64,000 bases of DNA from Mytilus trossulus. Its lineage: Eukaryota. The stretch lies in the NCBI RefSeq assembly GCF_036588685.1, contig NC_086382.1, positions 59,520,001-59,584,000 on the forward strand, read 5' to 3'. Below the pieces are notes generated by a model that was not told where the DNA came from, made no database searches, and saw nothing but the letters and a program-made list of their open reading frames with translations. This document shows positions 11,201 to 23,293 of the stretch, piece after piece. Position numbers and translations under genes: made by a program. The first letter of the stretch is position 1. The number at the start of each line of letters is the position of its first letter.

Positions 11201-14028
11201 CCAAACAGTATCAACAGAGTCAGTCTTCAGTGCAATAATAATTAATTGCTGCTCTTCTAAGACTGCATATCTACCACAATATACACATAACTATCTTGTA
11301 AAAGTTATTCACAAGTTATTAAGATAAAACCAAAATGTCACTATTTTATATTTCATACAATTTACATCTTTTCTGTGAAACATCTTCAAATTTACTAAAA
11401 TGTTCAAGTCATCACTCATCCCAATTAAAAAAAAACAGAATGTAAATAAAATCTTACCAAGAACAATTTCATTATATTTTAAAGAATTCAATTGAATATA
11501 AAATACCACTCCCACCTGTAGCGTATTTTGGACTTTGATCCTCCACCTGTATGCAGCAGCTGCCAGTTTAGCTGTTTGTTGATTGAGCAAACTTTGTGTT
11601 CCATCACCTCCCCATTCATAAAAATCTTCCTACAAGTACAATTATTACTGTACATATAGCACTTATAGAATTTGTTGTTCTTGATTAATATGACATATCA
11701 ACTACAAATAAACAGTACATTTTACCCTCACACATCAATCCTCCAGTTAAACTTGCATCAAGGATGAATAAACCAGAAATAAATTACTTATTAAATGCAA
11801 AAATATAAAATAAAAAGTTTTAAAGCATGGTAATACATTTTTTTTTTACCGAAAGTAAAATGTAATCACAAATATAAGTTTGTTCATTCATAGTAATCAA
11901 TATAAACATATTTGAAGGATTGCTGGTGTTTATCCTTTGGAGCAATTTAGGTGTCCCAAACATAATTCCTTTTATAAATATATAAAAAATATCATTCTTT
12001 GAATATCTTTTTGAGAAGCCAATATTTAAATTTCTTATTATATCTATTTATGTAACATGAAATGACCTTATTGAGGCTTTTCATAAGTCTTTCATTACCT
12101 GAACAAATTGTCTCTCCTGACGACAAGCTTCAAAGTAAGATTTGTGTAGAACCCATTTCCCTGATGCTACACTTGCTAGAAACTTCTCATTTCTTGTAGA
12201 CTTACCTAACAAAAATAATGCTTGTCTAAAAATGTTCATTGTCTCTATAAAATTAGTTCATTAACGCTCTTTATTTTAAAATTACATCAACTTTCAGAAA
12301 ATGCCAAGATACAGAAATTTCAAATTCACTGTGTCTATCCTAAATTGGTTGACATATTATTTTTGTTTTTTTGTTTGTATATTGTTCTTGTCTACTACAC
12401 AACAATATGTATCTCTGAAATGTTTGATGTGTTACATGATACAGATAGATATAAGATTGTATAGAATTCTTCCATGGAAATTGTTAGCTCCCATCATTTT
12501 CTAGATTGAAAGCAGGACTTTCATACACATGTATCATTTTTTCAGATTCCATTTTTTACACTAGAATTGAATGATGAAATTGTGAACACACATATAAAAG
12601 TAGTCCTGTTTTATTATACAATCTACATGTAAGTACTGCACACAAACCTATGACTAGATGTGTACATGAACAATCAAAGTGTAGAGATTCTAATATATTT
12701 CCTCCAAGCTGTTCTACTAAAGCACCATAATTTTCTTTTTCCTAGAATATAAATAATAAATGTAAGGTATGTTATGGTTATATCAAGGTATGTAATGATA
12801 TAAATAATAATCGATTCATATATTTCGTAGGCATCTATTTTCAGAGATTGGGAAAACTTGTGTGTCAATCTCTGCATACAATGTCTATAGAAAGTTTTAA
12901 TTCTTTGAACATTTGAATTTGTGATTCACCTGTAACCACAAAGTGCATGCAAATTGGTATCCAACAAATAATAACAATCCACATTAGTAAAATATATCAT
13001 AATACCAAGATTAATGGTAGGCACTGAAATGCAGGATCTCTAATAAATCATTTAAATTTGTTTTAAATACTAAGGTATTAAATGAGCAATACTTGAATGT
13101 TAGGAAGGAAACATAGATATTAATAGTTTTAATTCTAGTGCTCATATTACAAAATTGTTTGTGAACTTAATTTGTGATATGCCTCCATCAAGAAAATTTC
13201 ATGAAAATATATAAAATCCACAAAAAACAAAATATTGACAGGACTTGTAAAGTAATCTCTTACAGCTTGTTCCATGCCAGGCATAATGAACACAGGGGGT
13301 GATTTCTGGACTGTCAAAACTTTCATCGATAGGTTCTGGAGAGGGAATTCTATTCTCTTCCTTTCTTACCTTGTGGAATGCTAAAACAAACAACATATTC
13401 AGTGTCTCTAATTAGTCAACACTAACTTTTATATGAAAGGTAAGAAATAACATTAATACTAAGTATTTTAACAGTCAAATGTGAATTTTTACTGTGTACT
13501 TCCTTTGGCTCAATATGCATTTGATGATTTATGTATTCACTCACTATTTCAAGTTTAAAATTTCTTCTGAATAGATTTTTAATAATCTTTCTTGTACACT
13601 AATAACACTTGCTCTGTCTAATATTTGATATCTAAGTAAAGTATTGTTTGTTCTATTAGTGCATAAAAAGTGTGTTTTTTTTAATGTTCTACGATAATAC
13701 TATTGCTTTTTTTTCTATATTAGATGAATTTTAATATGTTTGGTAACAATTTGTTTAAAGTTAACAGATATTTATTTCTTTTAACTTTTTATAAAATATT
13801 TAAAGGGTGTATGGTAAAATGCCTGTACCTAGTGAGGAATCTGACATTGTTATTCATTAGTTTGATTTGTTTGAGCTGTTGATTTTGCCATGTGATTAGG
13901 GCTTTCCATTTAAAATTTTCTTTGATGTTTTGTATCTTTGTTATTGGACTTTCATATGCATGTCAATATGAATACCTACCTAGAGATGGACCCTCCGGAG
14001 TTGGAACTCTTTCATTTTTTGGTTTTTC
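8207..14028 (-). pseudogene. TOPBP1: Duplicated TOPBP1 3' end (nine exons, BRCT7/8), copy A; partial pseudogene or alternative 3' module
   Basis: Exons 13980-14028, 13264-13380, 12648-12741, 12099-12205, 11516-11629, 10740-10861, 10173-10242, 9690-9823, 8207-8300 are colinear with copy B and keep GT-AG sites. Exon 13264-13380 is 117 nt versus 110 nt in B (+7 frameshift). The other exons are open. No upstream TOPBP1 exons are attached. Confidence 0.88.
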
Positions 14029-17000
14029 CTTCAATATTGTCAAATAAAAACAGAAAATATAATTAAAATTTCAATTGTTCTTGAACAATTGAGAGGTCTT
14101 TCCTTTTCGTATTGTAAACTACATGTTCCAATAGTCGTAGAATGCATTGAAAAGCTCTCAAACACACATAAAACCGTTAAGATATGACAAAAATAACAAA
14201 TTTGCTTTTTAGGACATGACCTTGACTTTTATCCTTGTGACCTTTGAGAAGGTAATCGGTCCACGATGTCATTATAAAAGACCCATGGGTCGAGGACCTT
14301 TGGTTCAAGAGTTAAAGCTAATTTTGTCTTTTCAGAAACCGTTAACAGGGGTTATGCCCCTTAAGGGTATGTCAAAGCTCTTGGTTACAATGTAAAAAAG
14401 TTGCGCCTTAGTCAACTCAACATTGTTCACTATTTACTATTTCTGTAAGTATAATCGTTTTCGAGATATCTAATAAAAAGTTGAAAGGTCAAAGGTCAGG
14501 GTCAACCTTAAAAAGCTTTTAAACACATCTAACGAATGGACAACAAATATCATATTCCTGACTTGGTACAGGGATTTTCAAATGTTGAAAATGGTGGATC
14601 GAATCTGGTTTTATAGCGCTAAACCTCTCACTTGTATAACAGTTGCGTCAAATTCCATTATATTTACAACGATGCGTAATCAAAAAAGACATATTAGGTA
14701 AAATGCTCAAAATGTGGGTACAGAAGTCATCACTGTGGAACAATCTCAAAATAACAAATATCTAACAAAAAAGGGCACAGTAAGCGACTGGCATGTGACT
14801 GGTTTTCAAGCACGGTAATCGTATAACTTACGGTATTGTGACATCTAGCTGTTTCTCTTTGGTTTTCTTTTTTTAAGTCACTGTCCTATTAATAACTGTG
14901 GCAACTTGAAATGCCAAGGATTTCATATCCAATGAATAGATAACTTAACTTTGTTTTTTTATTTTTTTTATTCGAGAGTCACTGATGATTCTTTGTAGAC
15001 TAAACTCGCGTCTGGCGTATAACATTTTAATCCTGATATCGTTTCATATATATCTACATATATTTTATATAAATTATTTTCTTTCAGAGTATGTTCAGGT
15101 ATTCATGAAACTTAATAAATAAGATATACTGCGAAACCAAGTTTCACTGTAGAATAATTGTATTGTTTTAAAAATTTGAAATGTTTTACATAAGACTAAA
15201 ACGAGTCTCAATATTAGAGGGCCCAACGCAGCTAGTATGTTACTCTTAATAAAATTATACGAAAAATCTTATATATACATGTCAAAGGAAATTTGACTTT
15301 TAAATCTATACAACATCTAAAATGAGTTCATGCAGCTGCAATAATGAGTTGAGAATTTGTAGGCATCCATGCAAGAAACAAAATATCAAGATTAAAAGGC
15401 AAACTGAGTGGTTAAATTTATATTGCAATTGGTTTATGAAATCAGCATTAGACATCTGGTTTGAGGAAACTGGGATTTTCAAAAGGGTTATGAAAAAAAT
15501 ATGTATATTCAGAGAAAGTAAATAAAATATCCGCGCTTTAAAATGTTGATTCAAACAGAAGTTGTGTATATACAGTTTTGTATTCACAACTATCCAGCAT
15601 CGTTTTCAACAATAATGTGCAAGAATGTACACACACTAACCAAGTTTTAATAAACATAGTTTAACATTTTCATTATCTTCCTCACGGTCAATTATTTCAA
15701 TTTAAAAGTAAACAAAAATTCAGCAACAATCTTTTGGTGACCAGCGATCTTAGGTTCACGTGTTACTTTTCTTTTTTTTTAAGAAAGCAATTTGTAACCT
15801 TGGTCACCGTGTATTATCGTCTCGGTCACCCAGACGCTTGAATTTTATTAATCTTATTATGCGTCTGGGTGATCGATACTAATATAGGCACTAAACAAGC
15901 GGGTGTGATCGATTTTGACCTGATATGGTAAGAAAAATCTTATTTTACTTTTAATCTACTTTCAGTGTACATTTCTCAACATCTGAAATTCCGATGATAC
16001 ACGGTGTTGGAGTTGTCTTACAAAGATATAAGGGTTGCAATTAGCCATTTGGCATCTGCTCATGTTATATGTTAAAATTGAGAATGGAAATGAGGAATGT
16101 GTCAAAGCGATAACAACCCGACCACAGAGCATACAACAGCCGAAGGCCACCAATTGGTAGTTTAGTTTAAACATATTTTATTTGCAAAAGTAGCAAAAGG
16201 GATTGGACACAAGTTATAACAACATTAGAGACGTCCTCTCCCAATTGGTCTTCAATGTAGGCGTTCTTCAGCTGGCCCCTAAATAAATACGTATACTAGT
16301 TCAGTGATCATGAACATCATACTAACCTCTGATTTATACATAAGAAACTAAAATTAAAATCATACAAGACTAACAAAGGCTAGAGGCTACTGACTTGGGA
16401 CAGGCGAAAAAATGTGGCTGGGTTAAACATGTTTTTTTGAGATATCAACCCTCTTCCTATACATGCTATACCTCTGGGCAATGTAGAAAAAACAAATACA
16501 CAAGAATACGCACAGTTAAATTTAGTTTAAGAGAAGTCCGAGTCCGATGTCAGAATATGAAATAAAAGCCTTGAAAATAAACAAAATGACAATAAAAACA
16601 TAAATAACAGCAGACTACCAGCAGTTACAGACATGCCAGGCTAGAACTCAATTCAACTGATTGAAAGATTGTGTCTTCATAAAATAAATATATCAGACAC
16701 AATCTGTTAGGGGTTTAGTATTATACCATCATGAAATATGTGATACTATAACCCGTTACATGGTTTTCTATGAGTTTCAACATGAAAATATAAGTTCTAT
16801 TAAGAGTTTACAGAAAATCATTTTCTTACCGAAAATTAAACTTTTGAAAAACCTTAACAAAACATGACATTTAAACCTATTTGAAAAACTTAATCGTGAT
16901 AAACATTTAACCCCACACGCTACAACACCCCATTGTTAACCAGTCAGGCATATCTGCTAGATCTATTAAAATCTTAAACCGTAAGTTTAAGCGTAACGCC

Positions 17001-17689
17001 TATTTCATTTATAGAGATGTGTCTATTTACTGTGACAATAGTTCTTATAATATGACTTGTACAAATATCATTAAAAAATATTTTATTCATTTAAACTGTT
17101 TTTAACTTCAAATGATTAAAGAAAAAAAACCAATGATTGCATCTCAATTTAACTGCACTGACACTTTTAACTATGACGATCACTTTGCGTTCGTCCGTGG
17201 TGTGATCAATTAATGAACACTTATAAGAAATATTGTCTGGAACGAATTTTAACCATTAATTCGGTACAGACATGATGTATAACAAATTGTCTTCAGATTG
17301 TCCGTTAATTAATTTGGAACCTATAAAAAGTAAAGGGTTTAAACTCCATCAGGCAAATTTGATCTCAGTTGGATCTGGTGAATATTTTATGTCCTATTTT
17401 GTAATATAGATCTTCAACTGTTTCAGTCCTTGTATATCCTTAGCTTTCAAATATTCAGCTTTGTGCGTTCCCAGTGAAAGTAAACCCACAGAAACGTTTC
17501 GGAATCGTAACATTTATAACGTGTTTTTTTTTAAAACAAAGTTCAGACTAAATTATCCTGTAATAATTGAGTTTCTGCTATTGTTTATCAAAAGAACAAG
17601 TCATCTTGCAATATAGTAACCAATAAATTGCTATTGTCTGTTGGAATGTCCCTCAAAGTAAAAAAAAAGTTTCAAATCCTTAGAATGGA

Positions 17690-17935
17690 AGATTGATTGA
17701 TTGGTTATAAAGACCACTTTCAACACCATTGTGCTATTTCGCAGAAGTTTTATATGGATTGAGGAAGTCATAGTGCCCGTTGAACAATGTTGAAAAACCA
17801 CAAATATTTGGTAGGAAAACTGACAATCCTAGCCAATTAAGATTGAAGTCGAGGGCACAGCCCCGTGCAGGATTCGAACTCACAACCTATAGTGATGACA
17901 TGCTAGTGATGCAGTAGTTCGACCACTTTACATTA
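17690..17935 (-). mobile_element. tRNA-derived SINE, degenerate
   Basis: B-box-like GTGAGTTCGAATCCTGC on the minus strand (~17867-17883) and a (CAAT)n tail at ~17690-17703. Confidence 0.55.
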
Positions 17936-18702
17936 TTGAAGGACGCTCTCCAAACGATTCTACTACATACGAATACAGATATTGTACGACTGACTGTCAA
18001 TCGGTAACATCATTATTTGTTTTTGCCTTTCCAATTAAACCGATGTCCGTATGCAGTTATAATTATGCACGTACACATATGAACACACGTTGATACGTAT
18101 TTGTTGAACGCAATCTCTTAAATAAGAGTCTGATTTAATCTTTACGAATATGTTCAGGCAGTTCGTAGTGCCTAATTAATTTGACATTTTTGGGGAAAAT
18201 GTCGGCACTACCATTGAACGTTACAAACTACAGGTACAAATTAATGAAGGATCGCACTCGGTATTTTTTTCAAATTCAGGAAAAGAGAAATTTCACAATG
18301 GGAAAAATATAATCCTTTGTTCATTAAGTTTAATTTTTCAAACGAAACACACATTGTGAATATATATTTTAGTGTAAATAAAAGAATATAACAAAAAACC
18401 AAACCGGGCAAAATTAATGATGGGAAAGTCTGAAAAACTGAAAAATAACAATTAACAGAACGAGTAAAAAAAACCCTGCCATATTTCTGGCTTGGTGCAT
18501 GTATTTTCCAAAGAAATGGTGGATAGAACCTGGTTACATAGTTAAATCAACCTCCCACTTATATGGCAAATATTTACAGTTTCGTTATATTCACAAAACT
18601 GTGTATGCAACCAAAATAGACATAAATAAAGGCAACATTAGTATACCACTGTTCGAAATTCATAAATCGATAAAGAAAAAACAAATCCGAGATACAAACT
18701 AA

Positions 18703-19689
18703 AGCCTCGGTTACACCTTACCGGATAGCACAAACGGACGTCTAACGGATGAAAATAAAAGTTGTCCGTTCACAAAATTGTTATCCGTTGGGAGTCACTT
18801 GATGTGCTGACCGAATAAAACGGACGCGTAACGAAGGCAAAACGGACACACACCGGATATGCAACGTACGAGAAACGGAAACTAATCGGACAGAACGGAT
18901 GTCGAACGTACATCCAACGGACGAGTCCCGCTTAAAACGGACACATAACGGAAGCGTACCGGATAAAACGAATGAATAAGATATACAGAAAATTTAAAGG
19001 CGACAATAATAATACATGTTAATCGCATAAATATTCAAAAAGTTTCTATGTAACTGGTTTTGGTTTGGTCTTCAAAAATCCATCAAAGGGTAATGTCTGG
19101 CCTGAATAAGAGCTGCTTGATAGTGAAGACCTGCACTTACTTTAAAATCAATTATGAAAAATAAGAATTTATGACACTCAAGAAATCTGACAAACCAATA
19201 ATTGTTATTTCTGACGCGAAATTTTCAATAAGCATTTATCCGTTTCAGATCCGTTCATCGTCCGTTTTATCCGTTAAACGTCCGGTAGAAGTCCGTTTCA
19301 CATTCGTTCGACATCCGTTGTATCCGTTTAACGTCCGGTAGACGTCCGTTGGTGAATTTGACTACTAGACCTCCAACGGATGTATAACGGACAAGTAACG
19401 GATACGTAACGGAAACGGAACGGACGAGTACCGTACAAAACGGACGACTAACGGGCGTTCAACGGGCATGTTATCCGTTGGATGTCCGTTCGAAAATTTA
19501 AACATGCTCAAAATTTTCCAACGGACAGAACGGAGGTCGACGGATAAAACGTACTCTAAACGGACATGAAACGGATGTGGACGGACGTCTAACGGATAAG
19601 AACGGACGCCTAACGGACATGAGCGGATTGAAAAAAAAGTTATCCGTTAGGCGTCCGTTCGAGCTTTCCGGTAAGGTATGACCGAGGCT
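18703..19689. mobile_element. PIF/Harbinger-type MITE
   Basis: TIRs AGCCTCGGTTACACCTTACCGGA / TCCGGTAAGGTATGACCGAGGCT with TAA TSD. Many internal AACGGA/TCCGTT motifs. It interrupts a dispersed repeat whose uninterrupted copy is at ~29715-29865 (minus). Confidence 0.85.
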
Positions 19690-20783
19690 TAAAACTGAGG
19701 TAAACGCGTCAAATATAAGAAAACTACGACACAACAGTAACACAACATTAAAATGTAACACATACATGGCACAGGTTATTTTAAGATAAAACTGGTGGGT
19801 TGAAACTGGTTTTGTGGCATGTCAAACCTCCCGCTTTCATGGCAATGTTAATTATAACATTAAAATAACAATATTACAGGACAGAACAGCAATACAAATA
19901 AATGGGGAAAACATAGAACAGAGAAACAAACGATTGATATCCAACAAAAGGTACTTTGTTAAAAAAGACAATACGCCAGACGTGCGCCACGTCCACACAA
20001 GACTAACCAGTGACGCCTAGATGAACTAAAAAGTTTGAAAGCCAGAAGAAGTGCAAAGTTGAAAAGCATCGATGACTAAAATTTTAAAAAGTCTCGACCA
20101 AAACGGCCAGGATTATTCACCTGGGACAACAACATCCTTTAATATTATTTAGAATTTTGAATAAAACATATCCTTGTAAATTTTATGAAATTACTTTCAA
20201 TAGATATACATGGTAAAAATGAAGTGGTGGATAGCTACAGAACAAAAACGGATAAAATACATAACCATTGTTACGCTCAAAGTGACATCACATTTGAATT
20301 AAAAAACGGGTTTCCAAAAATTAAGAAAGAATTTAGATGAACTTCAAGATTTAATCTGTATGGCTTATCTAACGCTTATTATTAACATTGAAAATTACAA
20401 TACTAATTAATATCAAATTGTAGTAGCAATTCGACAACCAATTGTATTATCTAGCTATGTCGAGCTTCCTCTGTATAAAGGTTAAAAAAAAGAAATATGA
20501 TAGAGTTTTAACGGTAAATTTCATTTTGAGTTCACCGAGATCAAATTTCTATGTCGTATTCATTTTGTCTGTTACATCAATCTTGCTCGAAAAATATAAG
20601 GAGGAGTAAATGTTACGGTTTATCATCAAAGAATGTTCTGCCGACATTATATTATGTTTTAATTTCAAATTATTTCTAAAAGCACAATAACACAATAGCT
20701 GAATAATATGACCCAAGTTTGTTTTCTTAAACACTAGCTAATGACTACGCCTTTTCATTCCTATATAAAAGTTAAGTTTCGAC

Positions 20784-20814
<31 letters not shown>

Positions 20815-22023
20815 CACAAAGATTAAGGGACAAGTCAAATTTTTGGGGGATTGGCACCGGTGCAATTCACATTTCTCCCTTAAAACATCTATGATCTACC
20901 CTCTGCATATACAAAAAAACTGTATGAAATATCTGCTAAATAAGTATACGTCCTATGTAATCTATGAATAAATCAAACAGACTTTAACTTCATTTTTATC
21001 AGATTAACATAGATAAAATATAGTAGTCTTTGGATTTGTCTGAAATTTTAACTGATCTCATCCTTGAAGAAGGCAAATAAGATATATTCAATGGTGTTCA
21101 AATATTGCAGAGTTGAAATATTAGCTCTCCACAAAAATAACCACTTTTATGGTGCATATTTATGAATTCATTTATGCAATAATATTTTTTTATGTTTTCC
21201 TTGTGATATGCCAAAAAAAAAAAAATCGATGGGAATGCATTATTATGCCTTCGAACCAAAAACTATTTTTGCATATCACATGGAACACATAATATTACTG
21301 TTATTATTACTTTGAATTTTCACGCGCATAGATGATCTTGAGTTAATATGCCATTTATCAGTCTACACATACATACATTCATTGTGATTTTATATTTAAA
21401 CCGTCCATGTTATACTAAAATCGATATAACCCCCTGAATGTGGATATAACCCATTTGATATTACGACGGCTATTATTAGAATCTATTTATTAATTATAAA
21501 AATATGTCAAAACAATAGAACTGCAATTATAATGGAAGATGTTTACATGAAGAGTAATACTCTACAATAGTTTATGAACAATTTTTACAGTGTTATCTTT
21601 TTTTTTAAATATATATATATTTTTCTGTTTGAACTTTGTTCTTTTTTGCCTTAATTTTCTAGCCAGAATATTTTTATTGACAAACAGTTTTCCTTATTTT
21701 TAAAGATGCATACTCTATCTAATCCTTCCTTTTTTTAATGATTTGCATTTGATTAATTTGTACTACACTAATGGCAGTATATCATATGGTGCCTATCATA
21801 TCACTTATTTAAAGCTCTATCAATGTTCTCTTTTTACATTTTTTTATTGTTGTTTATTTTGTTGTTTATTAATTTTATGTTTTTTGTTATTATTTATTTT
21901 TTCTGTTCGTATATTTTTTTCAACCTTTTTAAAATTATTGCATGATTGTTCTATAAACATAATATTAATGTATAGACTGGAAATTGTATTTCCATTGTTT
22001 TTACTTGTTTGTTCCTCAATTAA

Positions 22024-22765
22024 GGTTTATGTACCCTTCTGTAGCCATTTTTGTACGAATTTTTCAAACCTCAATTGTATCAAAACTACAGATATAATGA
22101 ATAAAAGAGATAGGCCATTTAATACATATTCCAATGGGAAACTTGATGCAAAGCATTATTTTTTACTGTTTCATTGCATTTGATAGAAAAAGAGGACTTT
22201 GTGGCAAATAAATCAAGATTTTATAGAAAATCCACAGCCTTTAATACAGAGATTTTTTTTATAAAATTTGAAACATAAATTACTCACTTGATTTTCTATG
22301 ATGTGCTAGTGTTTATTTTTTACAAAAAGTTCTAAGAAACCTGTAAATTCCAAAACACCTCGTGCTGAGTCACTAAAGTCGAGCGTACCCTAAAAGGTGT
22401 ACTTGATTTTGGCCATATATATTTATATTTGTTTTAACCAATAACTACATTTATAAACTTGTTTTAAGGAAATCAATGCTAGCACTGCATGCAATAATCC
22501 TATATCTATCAGTCATCAAGTTGCCAAATATGAGAGTACAAGGATAAGGGCTGTGGATTTTCTATAAAAATCTTGATTTATTTGCCACAAAGTCCTCTTT
22601 TTCTATTAAATGCAATGGAACAGTAAAAAATAATGCTTTGCATCAAGTTTCCCCTTGAAATATGTACAAAATAGCCTATCTCTATTATTCATTATATCTG
22701 TTGTTTTGATACAATTGAAGTTTGAAAAGTTCGTCAAAAAATGGCTACAGAAGGGTACATAAACC
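22024..22765. mobile_element. Long-TIR MITE with TTAA TSD (Kolobok-like)
   Basis: ~220 bp inverted repeats at 22024-22240 and 22548-22765, GG...CC ends, TTAA on both sides. Confidence 0.85.
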
Positions 22766-23293
22766 TTAATCTTGTTTATTCTGTTGTAATGAAATTTGTA
22801 TAGGCTATTCTCCACATTCATACATATGCCATTAAATGCTGATGTCCTATCAGTAATTCAGTAAGAACATGTGTGTGTCCTACTGCGTTTTGCCCCCTCC
22901 CCCTCCAATAGATATTGACCGGTCCCTAACGTCAGCATTAATAAAAGGCTATTCGCTAAATGCTATAATCATAGTATAAAATACAGGATATAATAAAATA
23001 ATTAAGTAAGTGATCAAATGTGAAATATCCTACTTTTACCTCTATATCTAGAATTAACATATACATATTTGATTTAAATAATGTGAGTTGTGTTATAATC
23101 AAAATGAAAACCACCATCGCATAGGTTACATTAAATGCAATGTGTATTATATTATAAAGATTAGTGTTCAGTCAAGTTATAAACCCGCTCAGGTGAAAAA
23201 TATCAATGGTTATATAAAACAACTTGTACTATCGTAATTCCAGTATTGTCAAATATCAAATTTACTGATATCAACTATTTTGAAATTTTGCAG

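Larger units (their letters stand above)
3098..14080. repeat. Segmental duplication, copy A (direct repeat of ~29408-44600)
   Basis: Colinear similarity runs from GCCAGGGATA.TATGTATTATTAGTAATAC (3105 vs 29414) to CAAATAAAAA.AGAAAATATAAT (14041-14063 vs 44511-44533), interrupted by copy-specific TE insertions. Confidence 0.9.

Noticed and set aside
17860-17935. tRNA gene
   Set aside because: Only a B-box is recognisable, no cloverleaf forms, and it is attached to a SINE body and tail.
21743-22821. Two ORFs with matching C-termini on opposite strands
   Set aside because: They are the two TIRs of a MITE.
23246-23293. ORF-track N-terminus MSNIKFTDINYFEILQ of the helicase
   Set aside because: It starts at TTG and ends in a TTTTGCAG acceptor, so it is probably intron.
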